Source of the DNA: the human T2T-CHM13v2.0 reference genome, Homo sapiens
Length of the DNA: 64,000 nucleotides
Assembly: GCF_009914755.1 (NCBI RefSeq)
Contig: NC_060941.1
Direction: 5' to 3' (one strand)
The translations under genes were made by a program, and so were the position numbers. The first letter of the stretch is position 1. Every line of letters starts with the position of its first letter. Below the pieces are notes generated by a model. It did no database searches. It had not been told where the DNA came from and saw nothing but the letters and a program-made list of their open reading frames with translations. Positions 38,834-55,565 of the stretch are shown here, in pieces.

Positions 38834-39518
38834 TGTTATGGTTTGGCTGTGTCCCCACCCCAATCTCATCTTGAATTGTAATCCCCATAATCCCCACATG
38901 TTGAGGGAGGGAGGGACCCAGTGGGAGGTGACTGGATCATGGGGGCATTTTCCCCCATGCTGTTCTCATGATAGTGAGTGTGTTTTCAGGAGATCTGATG
39001 GTTTGTAAGTGTTTGAGACCGGGTGCGGTGGCTCACGCTTGTAAACCCAGCACTTTGGGAGGCTGAGGTGGTGGATCACCCGAGGTCAGGAGTTCAAGAC
39101 CAACCTAGCCAACATGGTGAAACCCCATCTGTACCAACAGTACAAAATTAGGTAGGCGTGGTGGCACACACCTGTAATCCCAGCTACTGGGGAAGCTGAG
39201 GCAGGAGAATTCCTTCAACCTGGGAGGTGGAGGTTGCAGTGAATGAACCGAGATCGGACCATTGCACTCCAGCCTGGGTGACAGAGCACCACTCCATCTC
39301 AAAAAATAATAATAAGTGTTTGAATGTTCCTCCTTCACATGCTCACACTCTGTCGTGATGCCTTGTGAAGAAGGTGCCTGCTTCCCCTTCTGCCATCATT
39401 GTAAGTTTCCTGAGGCTTCTCACACCATGCAGAACTGTGAGTTAATTAAACCCCTTTCTTTTATAAATTACCCAATCTAGGGTATTTCTTTTTAGCAGTC
39501 CAAAAATGGACTAATATG
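38834..39518 (+). mobile_element. THE1D-like solo LTR interrupted by an Alu
   Basis: TGTTATGGTTTGGCTGTGTCCCCACCC...GGACTAATATG; perfect TSD CAGCT. Confidence 0.9.
39017..39312 (+). mobile_element. Alu, AluS (Sx/Sq-like)
   Basis: Full dimer; TSD TAAGTGTTTGA at 39006-39016 and 39313-39323. Confidence 0.95.
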
Positions 39519-42500
39519 CAGCTTTACCACAAGTTTAGAAAGCTTACTTTAATTTTGTTTTTAACTTTGTGAATATTGTCCTCATTAGCTTGAACCCATA
39601 AGCAAGAATACATGAAGGCACTCCAAACTCCAATAAAATTACTATATTTTTGTCAATGTCACTACCTCTTGCTAAAATCCTGATACAGAATTCCTGAAAT
39701 TAACAGATTCTTGGTCGGGCAAATCTTCTAGGTTTTAAAATAGGAAAGGCTTTCAGTTAGTGAAAACTATATTTAGATTCAAAGTCACTGAAAACATAGA
39801 GTTCCTTTTGATTATAAAAGAGGATCATATAATACTAGAGTAGGAAGAACTCTGAAAGTCTATTATAGTTTTCCTTGTTCATCGTACACATGGGGAGAAG
39901 CTTTTATATACTTGATGGAAACTTCAGCCATGGGTAATAGCTCTGTGATCATTGGTAGTAGGCTGAACTTTCTCCCTATTGCATTGGCTGGCTAGAGAAT
40001 AATAAATAAAATTTTTAAAACACCTGGATTTCTAACCATGAAAAACCTGATTGTTCAAAAAGTATTTTTGTTTCCACTGCCAATCTAATGCTAAGTCATG
40101 CAAAAAACTGAAACTAAAAATGGACAAAAACCTAGATCTCTTTTAAATCATAAGTAATGTACCCTACAAATAACTCCATTGTGAAATCCCTTCTTCGGAA
40201 CAGATATGCTAAGTATCCTGAGAGGATGGAGAATAAACTCCATTTTGAGCTTGGAAAATTATGGGAGATATTCATGAAGAAATAATATAGGGATACTATC
40301 ATTGTTATTTATACCTTTTAAAACATGTTAGAAGTAAAGGAATCCTCAAGGAAGAAGGAAAAAAGTAGTGCTGAAGCTAGGCAGTGAAGATGGGGTGGTA
40401 ATGCAGATAGTGTTAAGAGTGGCAGTGCATCTGAGGTTGCTGGGGATGAAGATGGCAGTTGTAGAATGAAGCGATAACAGAATCATTTGAGAGGTGGTAG
40501 TAGACATAGTATGGTAGGAGGTAACTTAATCTCAAAGTCTATAACAGAGTACATATGGCTTAGACTGTATCCAATCATGTTTCCAGGAAATAAGCATTGT
40601 AAGTATTAAATTCAAACACGTTTGAAAGCTAATTGCTATTGCTTTTGGACTACCACTTAAATGAACTCTTGTTATGGGGGATTGGTGATAAGTGAAGATT
40701 TCAAATTGCTGTATACAGTATGATATAAATCAATGATATAGAAGGTGATCTATAAAAATGTTCAGCCAACGATTTATAGTTTTATAGCAAAACATAGTAT
40801 TGCTCCATGTTTGAAATTGATTTTCTTTCAGCAATTCTTGTTTCTCAAATCAGTAATGTGAGCAAGTATGTGGTGTCACTTTGATAATGTTTAAAATGCC
40901 TGTTCCCATTCTTCAAATGACACATAAAAAGTAAAAATAAACAAGGGATTATTTCTGACATGTTTGACTTAATTTTTGACTCTGGGTTCAATTTACCAAA
41001 GGAAAAATCATATAAACTAGTGCATAGCCTTGTGTTGCGGTGGAGGGGGTAATTTATTTGACTGCCATTTGTGCTGTGTTTCTTTGGACAATGGTCCACA
41101 TATACAAAAAAATTGAAAACCATTCTGCTGTCAGTGTAGATGGGCATGAGCCTCTAAAGACCTTCATTCTCCCAAATGTACTTAAGTGTTATAAAAAGAG
41201 GATAATAGCATGAACATTTGCTTTAGTGTCTATGAGCCAGACATTGGTTTATTTCATTTAACCTTTATAAAAAGTTTTTGATACAAATAATAAAATAATA
41301 ATAACATCCCTTTTGAGGAACCAGATTAAAAAGTGTTTGTCAAAATCAGAATATGCATTCTGTTCTATCTAAAAGTATGCTCTAAATTCCTTCATTGTGC
41401 TCATAATGGGCTTAAAAATAATGAAACATGGATGTAATTTCAATAAACAGCACTGAAAAGACTTTATAATGTATATCCCAAACTGATTTTGCCCTTGATG
41501 TCTATCTCATTTTGGTTTCATTTGTGATGAATTATTAAATGAATGTATTATTATCTTGTTTACCTCTTTTATATAGTTAGGTTAATTTTGGATTCTTATG
41601 ATTAATTCAGAGGTCACATTCAAAATAATTAACAATCAATACAGCTCCACTGCACCAACCCACCACCGAGAGTGGAGGCCAGTTGTAAACAATCTTTCAG
41701 GAGGGTGTCACAGTGTACAGATATGTATCAGCCCCAAAGTTATGTTCTCTTTTACTGACACATTAACTCTTTTGTTTTACTATATATTTTTAAAAGTTCT
41801 GGACTTTTAAATAAGTTATTTCTTGAGGTGTAATGTGTATACATTATAAAATCGACTTTTAAATGTATATTTCAATAATTTTTGACAGAGATGCGCCCTT
41901 ACCGTCACAATAAAGATATGGATTATTTCTAACACATATAGGCTTCTTTTAAGGAAAGAAACAATTCTAGATGAATTCAGAAGATGATGAGAGAACAATT
42001 ACTAATTATAAATCATTAAGCATTCAATTATTGTTAACACCCACATTGGTTTCTTTGTTGCAGGTACAAAAATGATTAGTTTTGAACCTTCTGGCTCTTT
42101 CTTTACATTAGCTAGGTATGAAGGCAAGTTAGAAGTTGGGAGAAGGATGAGAGGCATTAATAATGCATAGAAGTCCCAAGTGCTATGTTTTAATGTACTA
42201 ATGCTTCTACAAATATTAACCTTATTCTAAGAAAAATAAGTTTCAGATAATGAAAGAAACCTGGTCACAGAGTAAAATGACTGCTAATTGCATTTCAAGT
42301 AGTTTAGCCAAATTTTTGGTAATATTCTACATCATTTCCAAGTTATATTTATTTAGCCCCATCTGGCCAAGCATATAAATTAGTTTCTGCATTACTGTAC
42401 ATTCGTAACTTTCACCACTCCCATTTCTTACTTATTTCTCTCTTTTTGTCTCACGCTCTTCCACACACTCTTTCTCTTGTCCTCTGAATAGGGTCTACAG

Positions 42501-45500
42501 TATAAGCCATTTTTCAGCCCTAGCATATTCCTCTTGGCATCTCCATGCTCAACATTCAGTAGGGAGCATGGCTGTGGATTTCTTAAGGATGTTGGAATTC
42601 TGTGAGCAATCTGCCATCCTCCCCCAATTCTCTTCTCTCAAGTTCATTTGGCTTCAAGACTATGGTATGATGAGTTTTTTTCATTTTTAAGGTAAAAACT
42701 CCTGTGCAATATTTATGGACTGTTTATACTATACAGCCATCATCCCCTCCTTTTAATTTCTGTGCTAGAAAAATGCACTTTTTTATCCTTCTTTTAAGAA
42801 TCTGGAGGTAAAAAAAGAAACCTGCCGAGGAGGAACCCTAAAGTCTCTAATATCTCAAGGGAAATACTCTGCAAACATCCTTAATGTTTAATAGATTTCA
42901 GCCTTTTCATTTCTCCTAAGTAATATGCCATACTCCACTGGGCCTCCTGAGTTTTCTTCTTTGTTGACCTTGCTAATTATATTATGGCTTTTGCCATCTA
43001 CCTGTAGGAATTCATTAAACATTAAACAATGGCATTTGGTAGACATTTAGAAGGGATGGGGAAGTGGGGAGTTGATTCCCTTCTTATCCTTTCACAAGAG
43101 ATGCATATGTAAATCCTGTCTCAGGCAGAACCTAATGAATTCAAGCCATTGGACCATTATTTTCATTTCCTTTTCAGTGTTGTGGGTAATATCCAACTAC
43201 ACACTTATTTTAAATTAAATACCTTGTTATCATTGGAGTGATTTCATAACTCTCAAACTACATATGCAGGCTTTAAACACCCTAGAGGGTAAGCTTTGAT
43301 ATACGTTCAAATATGAAAACAATTATCAATGATTTAAGGATTTCCAAAGCAACCAAAAATCAGGAAATGAGTAAACTTTGAAAAGAGTCTTAATACATTC
43401 CAGAATGTTAAAGTTTGAAAGTGCTGTTTGTCCCCATATTCTCAGTCTGAGTTTCTTTCTACTTTAACATATCCCTAAACACAACTAATAATAGTGATCA
43501 AATGAAATATTTCAAATGTATTGAAAATAATTTTATTTCAAAGAATACTATATAGCTATTTGTATTAATAGTTCTTCCTCAAGTACCGCTAAGAGTCAGG
43601 GGAGAATAGCTTTGTTTTTTATTCCTACTGAAATAGCAAGCAGACATAATCAACTTCATGATGATCACTCCAGAAGAATTTTTCTATGTGGTCTAGGTAT
43701 GTTCTTTCATTTATATAAATCACTTTTTCATCTGCAGTCCGAGTCATTCCACCTTGGTAATGGGAAATAGCCTTTCCTATTGTTGGTTTTGTTTCTGCAA
43801 AAAGGCCTTCATGACAAATTATTTAAGACAACTTGTACTACACATCAAAGTAGGGGAAAATTATTTCTTTCATAGCACTAACGTTCTGGAGAAGGTCAAA
43901 GGGGTTGTTGGTAAAATATAAGGGAGAATGCTTTACTCTAAATTATTGTAGTTATTCAAATACAATATTCTGGGAAAGGATAAGGAGGATCAAACCTTTT
44001 CACAGTTCTTTACCAATAAATAACATATGATAATGGTGATGCTCTGACTACTGAAATACTAAATGAGCAGGGTAGAATTCAGCATTTTTTAAATTCTTAA
44101 ATATCTTTTTTCCTCCTCAGACAAGTGTGAAACAATCACCAGTCAAAGAACACACAAAACAGAATCAGATCTTAGGCCAAAAGCTTACAAGGGAATATGA
44201 TTAGAAATGCTATTAAAAATGTTGATCCTATGTTCTAAGTTTTGCTCTCACAAATCAATAGAAATAAAACTAAATACAACAACACTTATAATTTTACTTA
44301 AATGTATGCATGAATATTTTCAAGAAAAAAGAGAGAAGATAATCCGGTTTATTTGACTGTCTATTATATGCTAGGCGTTCTACAAGGCAGCTTAGGTACA
44401 TGATTTTATTTAAATTCCACAGCAACCCACATAAGAAAAACAGTCTCAGAAAAGTCATTTAACCTACCTAAAGTCAGATGGAAAAATCAAGAAGAGAAAT
44501 AGCATTTATTTCAAATATTCCTGAATTCAATGTCTCAATTGTTGAGTTATTCATATTGTTTTTTTTTTTTCAGGGTGAGGGGGTTGGCAGTAGGTAAAGG
44601 AACTCTTAGGAACTGCGTTTAGCATAGATTGTAGACAGAATGCCTCAATCAAACTCCTTGTCCTCCTCGCCTTCCTCCTCCTTTTCCTCATCATTATTTT
44701 CATCACCATTATTATAATCTATATTTATTGAGTGCATATAATTAAAGTGTTATGTTTTCGAAGTACTATTTTTCATGTTTCTTCTAAGATATCCTTTATT
44801 CTTCCAGTTATCATTATTGCTATCCTGCCATCAATTTATGAAAATGTCCTATTACTTTTCTTTTACATCCATTATACCTTATATATGATTCTATCACTAT
44901 CTTGTAACTTATAACTCAGTTATTAAAGTCACGGTTTCAAAGTTCTTATTTGCGTTGATTTTATGTCCACAGAAAAATTTAATCAATGAAATACTATTAA
45001 AACTAGCCTAGTTGAACTCTGGAGTGCCCAGGGCTTTTTCAAGTGTTGGATACAAAGGTAAATAAACATGTTATCTATCTTCCAGGAATTTAATTCCCAA
45101 TTAATAATAATACCTTACTTTAATATAGACCTTTATAGCTAATGAAACAAAATATTTCATAATGAGATAATTTGCAAAAATATATCAAACCTGTAGGTGT
45201 ATGTTACTTGGGGGAGAAACCTAAAAACAAAATTTAATGAGATAGCCAGTTTTACATCTGAAACAACAACAAAAAAGTCTATGAATGAGGTTAGGTATTA
45301 CAGTAAACAGAAAAAAATAAAATTTTCCCCCAGTCTTTTAGGAATATGTCTTTGTAATTTTTTATGAATCTGGCTGGAGAAACTGGGTTATAATTTAAGG
45401 GTTATTGGAGGAAGACTGCAAAAGAAGAAAACGAAAAAAATTCAGGAAGAATAAGGTTTGAAAAAAGTGATTGAAATAGAGAGAAGTGAAATTGGGAGGA

Positions 45501-45583
45501 CAATTTTGATGATACTACGGTGACTATAGCTACATTTGAACCAGTTAATTTAATTTTTTCATAGACTTTGATGCCTAACTATT

Positions 45584-45648
<65 letters not shown>
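45584..45648. repeat. Compound (CT)n(CA)n microsatellite
   Basis: Direct reading. Confidence 0.95.
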
Positions 45649-45689
45649 ACTTGGGATGAGAATAGTGATTTGCTGCTTCGGCTACACCT

Positions 45690-48664
<2,975 letters not shown>

Positions 48665-48685
48665 AAAAAACAAGATCTGTCTTGG

Positions 48686-49483
48686 TGTATTAGTCAGGTT
48701 TCTCTAGAGGGATAGAACTAATAGGATAGATGTATATATAAAGGGGAGTTTATTAAGGAGTACTGACTCATGCAATCACAAGGTGAAGTCTTGAGAGGTG
48801 AGGCCAGCTGGACTTCCTGGGTTGAGTGGGGACTTGGGGAACTTTCCTGTCTTACAAGAGGATTGTAAAATGCACCAATCAGAAACTTTCATGTCTTACA
48901 AGAGGATTGTAAAATGCACCAATCAGCACTCTGTAAAACGTACCAATCAACACTCTGTAAAACGCACCAATCAGCAGGATTCTAAAAGTAGCCAATCGCG
49001 GGGAGGATTGAAAAAAGGGCACTGTGATAGGATGGAAATGGAACATGGGTGGGGACAATAAGGGAATAAAAGCTGGCCACCCCAGCCAGCAGTGGCAACC
49101 TGCTCACGTCCCCTTCCACGCTGTGGAAGCTTTGTCCTTTTGCTCTTCACAATAAACCTTGCTACCTCTCATTCTTTGGGTCCGTGCCATCTTTAAGAGC
49201 TGTAAGACTCACAGCGAAGGTCCACGGCTTCATTCTTGAAGTCAGTGATACCATGAACCCACTGGCAGGAACCCAATCTAGTCTTTCCACATTCTTCTGC
49301 CTGCTTTTGTTCTAACCTTCCTGGCAACTGATTAAATTGTGCCCATCCAGATTGAAGGTGGATATGCCTTTCCCAGTCCACTGACCCAAATGTTAATCTC
49401 TTTTGGCAACACCCTCGCAGACACACCCAGGAACAGTACTTCCCATCTTCAATCCAATCAAGTTGACAATATTAACCCCCACA
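48686..49483 (-). mobile_element. MLT2A (HERV-L) LTR interrupted by an LTR12-type LTR
   Basis: TGTATTAGTCAGG...ATTAACCCCCACA with perfect TSD CTTGG. Confidence 0.9.
48792..49273 (+). mobile_element. LTR12-family LTR, same type as 4464-4914, 3' tip deleted
   Basis: Colinear with the 3' LTR; five CCAAT boxes, intact GGGAATAAAAGC TATA-like element, AATAAA at 49151-49156. Confidence 0.92.
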
Positions 49484-51123
49484 CTTGGCTAGCAGGAGTT
49501 ATTTATTAATTAACTGTGTTCATTCAAAAATAATGGAGTGTCTACAATGTGTATGGTGTGGTGCTGAGTGGTAGATGAATAAGACAATGACTGTACAATC
49601 AAGGAGCACATGGTCTTGACATAAGGTCTGGTATCAATTTTATGTCAAAAAGTCACTAAAATTTCACTATTGGAGAACATAAGGATGGAAGATTTTGATT
49701 TCATAATGCCTTTGAGCTCTTTCAGGTCTACACTTACATGATTTCAGTATCAAGTTGGGCAATAGGATAGGAGATAAGAGAATCAAGCAAAGGCTTTAGA
49801 CTGAGAAGTCCACACTACTTGGACTTCCTGGGAGATAATTTGGACTCTGGTGAATTTTATCAACAAAATCAATATATACATCACATGTTTGGGTGGATTT
49901 TGTTACAAAATTCCTCATTCCACTAACAACATTCATCTTTTTATAATCTAAGAGGTCAAGAAGTTCTGACTCATTTGTGATTCCACATAGTGTTGATACC
50001 CTCATGGTTTAGGAGTGAATTTCTTCTATATCTTCCTGAAGACACAGGTTTAGCACTGTCTTATTATTAACTATTCTGATTTAGCTGTAAAGCGTTAAAA
50101 CAGATTCTATCATACCCAGAAAATCCACAGAGAAGTCTCTCATTCATAGTACATGGTCTACCTGTAAAATTTCTTCCTAAGTAGTCTGAGAGATTTATTT
50201 CTTCATTCTATAGAAGAAAAAGATGTGAGAGAAATATATTGTGGAATTTTGGGGTCTGTTTGTTTAGTTTGTTTTTTTTTAGATAAAGGCACACAAATAT
50301 ACTGTTAGATTATAGTACTCATCATCTGTGATAAGCATTACTGATTTGTGAAGATTTTTGGCTATAATTATCAGTAATAAAAGTAGTAAATTTATATACA
50401 GATTACATGCCAGCATCTTTTCAAGTCCTATGACACTACAAGAAGATTCATGATGTGAACTTGTTTGTCTTCTTCTGTGGATATTTACTGCCAGAAAGCA
50501 GCAATCTTGAACACCCTAAAATGGCAATCACAACCTCCAAAAATATTTACTTTTTTTTCAAAAACAGATTACTCCTAAAAGGGTGCATAATTTAGTTACA
50601 GAATTTTTTTTAAAAAAACAACCAAACAAAATCTGATCCTGAGAAGGTAAGAAACTGAGAATGTCTACATATGCAAAGTGAATGAAGAATTTAATCAATC
50701 ACTTTGTTGTTTTATCCCTCAAGCATTGGTATTAATGAAAAATGTGGAGTCTTCTGAGAACGGAGCTAGCTGATTCTGTTGCTTCATCAGTCTGATAAAC
50801 AATTGGTTGTGTATTTAACTGTCTTCCTTGAATTTAATTCAGAGTGGCAGGTAAATTTCTCCCTTGTAAAGTAGCCAGCTAGGGAAATCATTTTGGAAGG
50901 AGAAGTAACTGAAAACATCTTGGAGAAGCAAAGAAAAATAAATCTTGAGATCACATAGGAGGCTTTGAAACATGGGTAAATTCTTGGTTGAAGAACATTT
51001 AAAATGCTACTCAAGGACTCTGCAAATAAGATCACTTGGATTTGTACATGAAGTTTACTGACTGCCAAGACATTGTCTCCACCTTCTACAAAATAGCCTG
51101 CTCCACTTAAGAAACAAAACCTT

Positions 51124-51454
<331 letters not shown>

Positions 51455-53099
51455 TTACACTTTGTCCAAGAGGAGGTTATCTGCTTTCTACACATGTGAA
51501 ATAAGTATGTGCAGTTGTTTTCCTTTTTGTTTTGTTTTTGTTTTTTGCTTGTTTTCTCATCAGAGACTCATTTGAAAACATTCAGAATTAATTCTCTAAG
51601 GAAATCAGAAAACCACTGTCTGGAATAACTCCAGTCCCTGAAATTTGTGGTTGTTCTTTGCCATAATAAGTGGACAGACTGTAATATTAAAATATGCGTG
51701 TTAGTTCCAACAAATTGTAGAAATTGAAAGGTACATGTATTACAGATTTACACTCAAGAAAGGGGCCCAGAATCGTATTGGTTTCCATTTCTTTTTGATG
51801 TGGTACTAGCAATCATACCACACCAGATTATAAAACTCAACTTTAAAGAATTGTCCAATTGAGACTTTTTGTCACCCAAATAGTTCAGTGTCTACTCAAG
51901 TTAAAGGTTTTAAGTATTGCCAGTTTACATCTTTATTGATAAAGAACTTAAGTATAGTCTCAGGTAAGAGGCTAATCTTTCTAAAAGATACACCTATTTT
52001 TCCTAAAGTATAAATTCAGCAGTTTTCTGGACATACTCTTTACATTGTATTTTGGTTTCCTTTACAAAAAATTGTTAATCTGTGTTTCTCAGGACAGCAC
52101 ATTACTGAGAAAGAGGCAAAATTTAAGCAAATAGATTAGTACTGTTATTAGTACCATATGGAGGAACGTGTTAAGAACATAATGGGATTGTTTCTAGACT
52201 GTATTCATCTTGCTGCTGTGTTTTACTCAGCTTTTGACTCTGTACAGCAACCAATGATGGAACAAATGATATAAGCTCAAAATGTGCTCCTGGGTAAAGA
52301 TACTTCCACAGAGTATAAACCTCACTAAAACTGTAAGAGCCAGTCACTATTGATGAGCAAATTGAGTATTTACATCGTTTGAGACACTGGTTTATAAAAT
52401 GTTTATGGCTTATCTTGTCGCCTTCTTAAGAATATTGGTTATGTTAGGTACAGAAAATCATATTTGTCAGATCAAGATTCAGGACCAACTGCTATGCTGA
52501 CAGAAAGATATTACTTATAATCCAAACTGATGATAGTTATACTGTCTTAACTTAAAAATACTGGTGGTAATTTAATATGACTAAATATGACTTAGAATCT
52601 GTGGTTCAGACCAACTCTTTGAAAACAGAAATCATCCCTTGGGCAGTTGTATTTCACTATTTATATAACTTAGCTCCAAAAATTCTACATAATGTATTAA
52701 CTAATTCAGTTACATATAATCAACATTTCCTAGATAATTCGCCAGGCATTTACATTGCAAAATAATTGCATGATTCCTGTATGTAATATTAAGACATTTC
52801 TCTAGTCAGGACATTTTCATGCAGCCTCCTTGATATGATTTTCATATACAAATAGTTTTATGAATACTAAAAGCAAGTCATGTCATTTTTGCTATTGTCA
52901 AATAGAAAGAAAAAAAAAATGCTATCTTACCAAAAGCCAAAAACTAAGGTTCCTCAGAAATACAGTTGTGAACAAAGTCTTTTTCTCTATGAAATTTACC
53001 TTTTCCTAGGAAAAAACACCTATACTAAAAATTACATAATGATTTAATTTTCACTGTCATGAAGGCTATAAAGGGAAAATGCAGATTTCTAATAGAAAT

Positions 53100-53865
53100 A
53101 CCCGATTTCTCTTGGGGGTCAAGGAAAGGCTTATTGAAAAAGTGATGTCCATGCTGTGCTCAAAACAATGAAATGTAGTAAACTATGTCAAAGATTGGTG
53201 AGATCATTCCAAATACAGAACATAATGTGTGAGAAATCTGAGGCACTAGGAATAAAGGATCATTCAGGACATTGAAAAAAAATTGAGGCAAGGAAAAAAT
53301 AGGAAACACAAATGAGTCTCCCTAGAGAAGCAGAACCCAGATGATGTAGGGATATAGTTCTATACTGAGGATTTTGGTCTATATTCTAAAAGCAATGGGA
53401 AACCATTGACCACTTTAAGTAGAGAAGTAACACGATTGAAGCTGTGCTTTGGGAGAAAGGTAGAGCATATGAATTTGGAAAACAAATTGGGAGAAATTCT
53501 AAGTAATTATGGTAAGAGCCTAAGAGAGTCTGGATTGAGTGTTGACAAAGGATTCTGGGAAAAGTAGGCATATTTGAGCATCAACCATCTACAGAAATTG
53601 AGTATTGGTGTATATGAAAGAAGGATTCTTGAATGATTGCAAGGCTTCCTTCATGAGCTGTTAGATGAATGACTGGACTGTGTTACTCACTAATATTGTT
53701 GCAGAAGCAGAATCTGTGGTGGGGTTGAGAGACTGGTAGAAGAGATTATGAACTCAGTTTTGTGCATGAGTTTGGAATTACCTTAAAATATCTAACTGAA
53801 GTTGTGAAGCAGACATTTGGGTGTGTGAAACTGAAACTAAGAAAGGAGATTTAGACTGGAGCTGT
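53100..53865 (-). mobile_element. Degenerate L2 fragments
   Basis: aaagcaatgggaaaccattg..tttaagtagagaagtaacacgat, tatgaactcagttttg motifs; boundaries approximate. Confidence 0.55.
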
Positions 53866-55266
53866 CTTAATATCTACTACTTAGAGAGCACTCACCAAGT
53901 GCTGGGCATTTTTCTGAAGCTTAACTTATACTAATTAATCCTAATAAAAACCTATTATTACATAGGTAAGGATTCTTTCATTACAAAATACTACTCATGT
54001 GCTTTCCAGCATGCCTATTGTTACCATATTTACAAGGAATTTGATCATATTACCTTTCTTTTTTTTTCCCCTGGGATGTTCCCCAGTAAAGGGAAAGAAT
54101 AAATTGCAGACCTGCTGTTGACCTTTTTCTTCTTATCCACTTACTGATGATGTGATGATAAGCGAGTTACTCAAGCTCTCCAAACCTCAGTCTCCTCTTC
54201 ACCAAACTAGGTGTAATAATAATTATTTTAGGAGACATACCTAATATTCCTAGAATGGCTTATAATAAACCTAAAATCTGTTGATCTATAAGATGTTCTC
54301 TATGGAGAACATCACATAAACTCTATTACTATCATAGTATGAAATCAGAAGTTTGTGATTCATTTTTTGGTAAGTATGCACAAGTACGTAAGTGAAATTT
54401 TATGTATATTATATATGGGTTTATGTATGTCCCATATGTCCTAATGTAAGGCAGAAAGGATGTGGGAAGCTGCAATGGCAGTTTGAATTTTTCTCTGTTT
54501 TTCTTGTGCATTGGGAATACTTGTGTCCTTGAGGCTAGAACATAGGACTTTTTTTAAAAAACCTTAATAATTGGAAATTAGAGCGGATGATGTGGCAAGG
54601 AAATCTGAAAAGAAACTATCAGAGAAATATAAGAAAAAACAGGAGAATGTGATGTCACAGAACCCAAAAAACATATTAAGTTTATATTTTTAATAATTCC
54701 TGAACCTCATTCCATTGCTGAACCTCACTCCTGACCCTGAAGTTGTCCTGAAGGTAAGGTTGGGCTACATAGATGGCTAGAGAGAGGGAATAGTGTCGGT
54801 TAGAGATAAGGATTAGACTGAGTCTCAGACATATTGGTAGGGGTCAGGAAGGACATGTGCTCAGAGATGGGGTGAAGGAGGATGTAGTAGTTTGGCACCA
54901 TCAGTGTCAAATAATGTATAAACCAAAGACATGTGCACCACACCAGCTTAGTTCAGAAATGAATTTCAATCATATAAAGCACAATGTTTGCTAATTTCCT
55001 AACAATTACTTGCTATTCTGAGTGATTTTCCCTCTCATACTCACTAATTACTCTTTAAACATTATGATGGTCATACTTATTTACTTTCCAATAATAATTT
55101 TAGAATACTAATGGAATTTATTTTGCTTTCCACTTAAAAATCTACAGGACAAATTAATCTGCTTATGTAAACTTCTTAACTGTGGTAATTTTGTTTGATT
55201 GAATCTATATTAGGCACTGGACTAAAAAGGTGAAGGGAAAATTTGTGTCCATAAAAAATATTTCTT

Positions 55267-55565
55267 TTTTCTTTTTTTTTTTTTGAGATGGAGTTTCACT
55301 CTGTGGCCCAGGCTGCAGTACAGTGGGTGATCTCAGCCCATTGCAACCTTCGCCTCCTGGGTTCAAGCGATTCTCCTGCCTTAGCCTCCCTAGTAGCTGG
55401 GATTACAGCCACATGCCACCACGTCCAGCTAATTTTTGTATTTTTGGTAGAGATGGGGTTTCGTCATGTTGGCCAGGCTAGTCTTGAACTCCTGACCTCA
55501 GGTGATCCGCCCATCTCTGCCTCCCAAAGTGTTGGGATTACAGGCGTGAGCCACCACATCCAGCC
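55267..55565 (-). mobile_element. Alu, AluSx-like
   Basis: Poly(T) then antisense dimer with CTGACCTCAGGTGATCC; imperfect TSD CATAAAAA..ATTTCTT. Confidence 0.95.
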
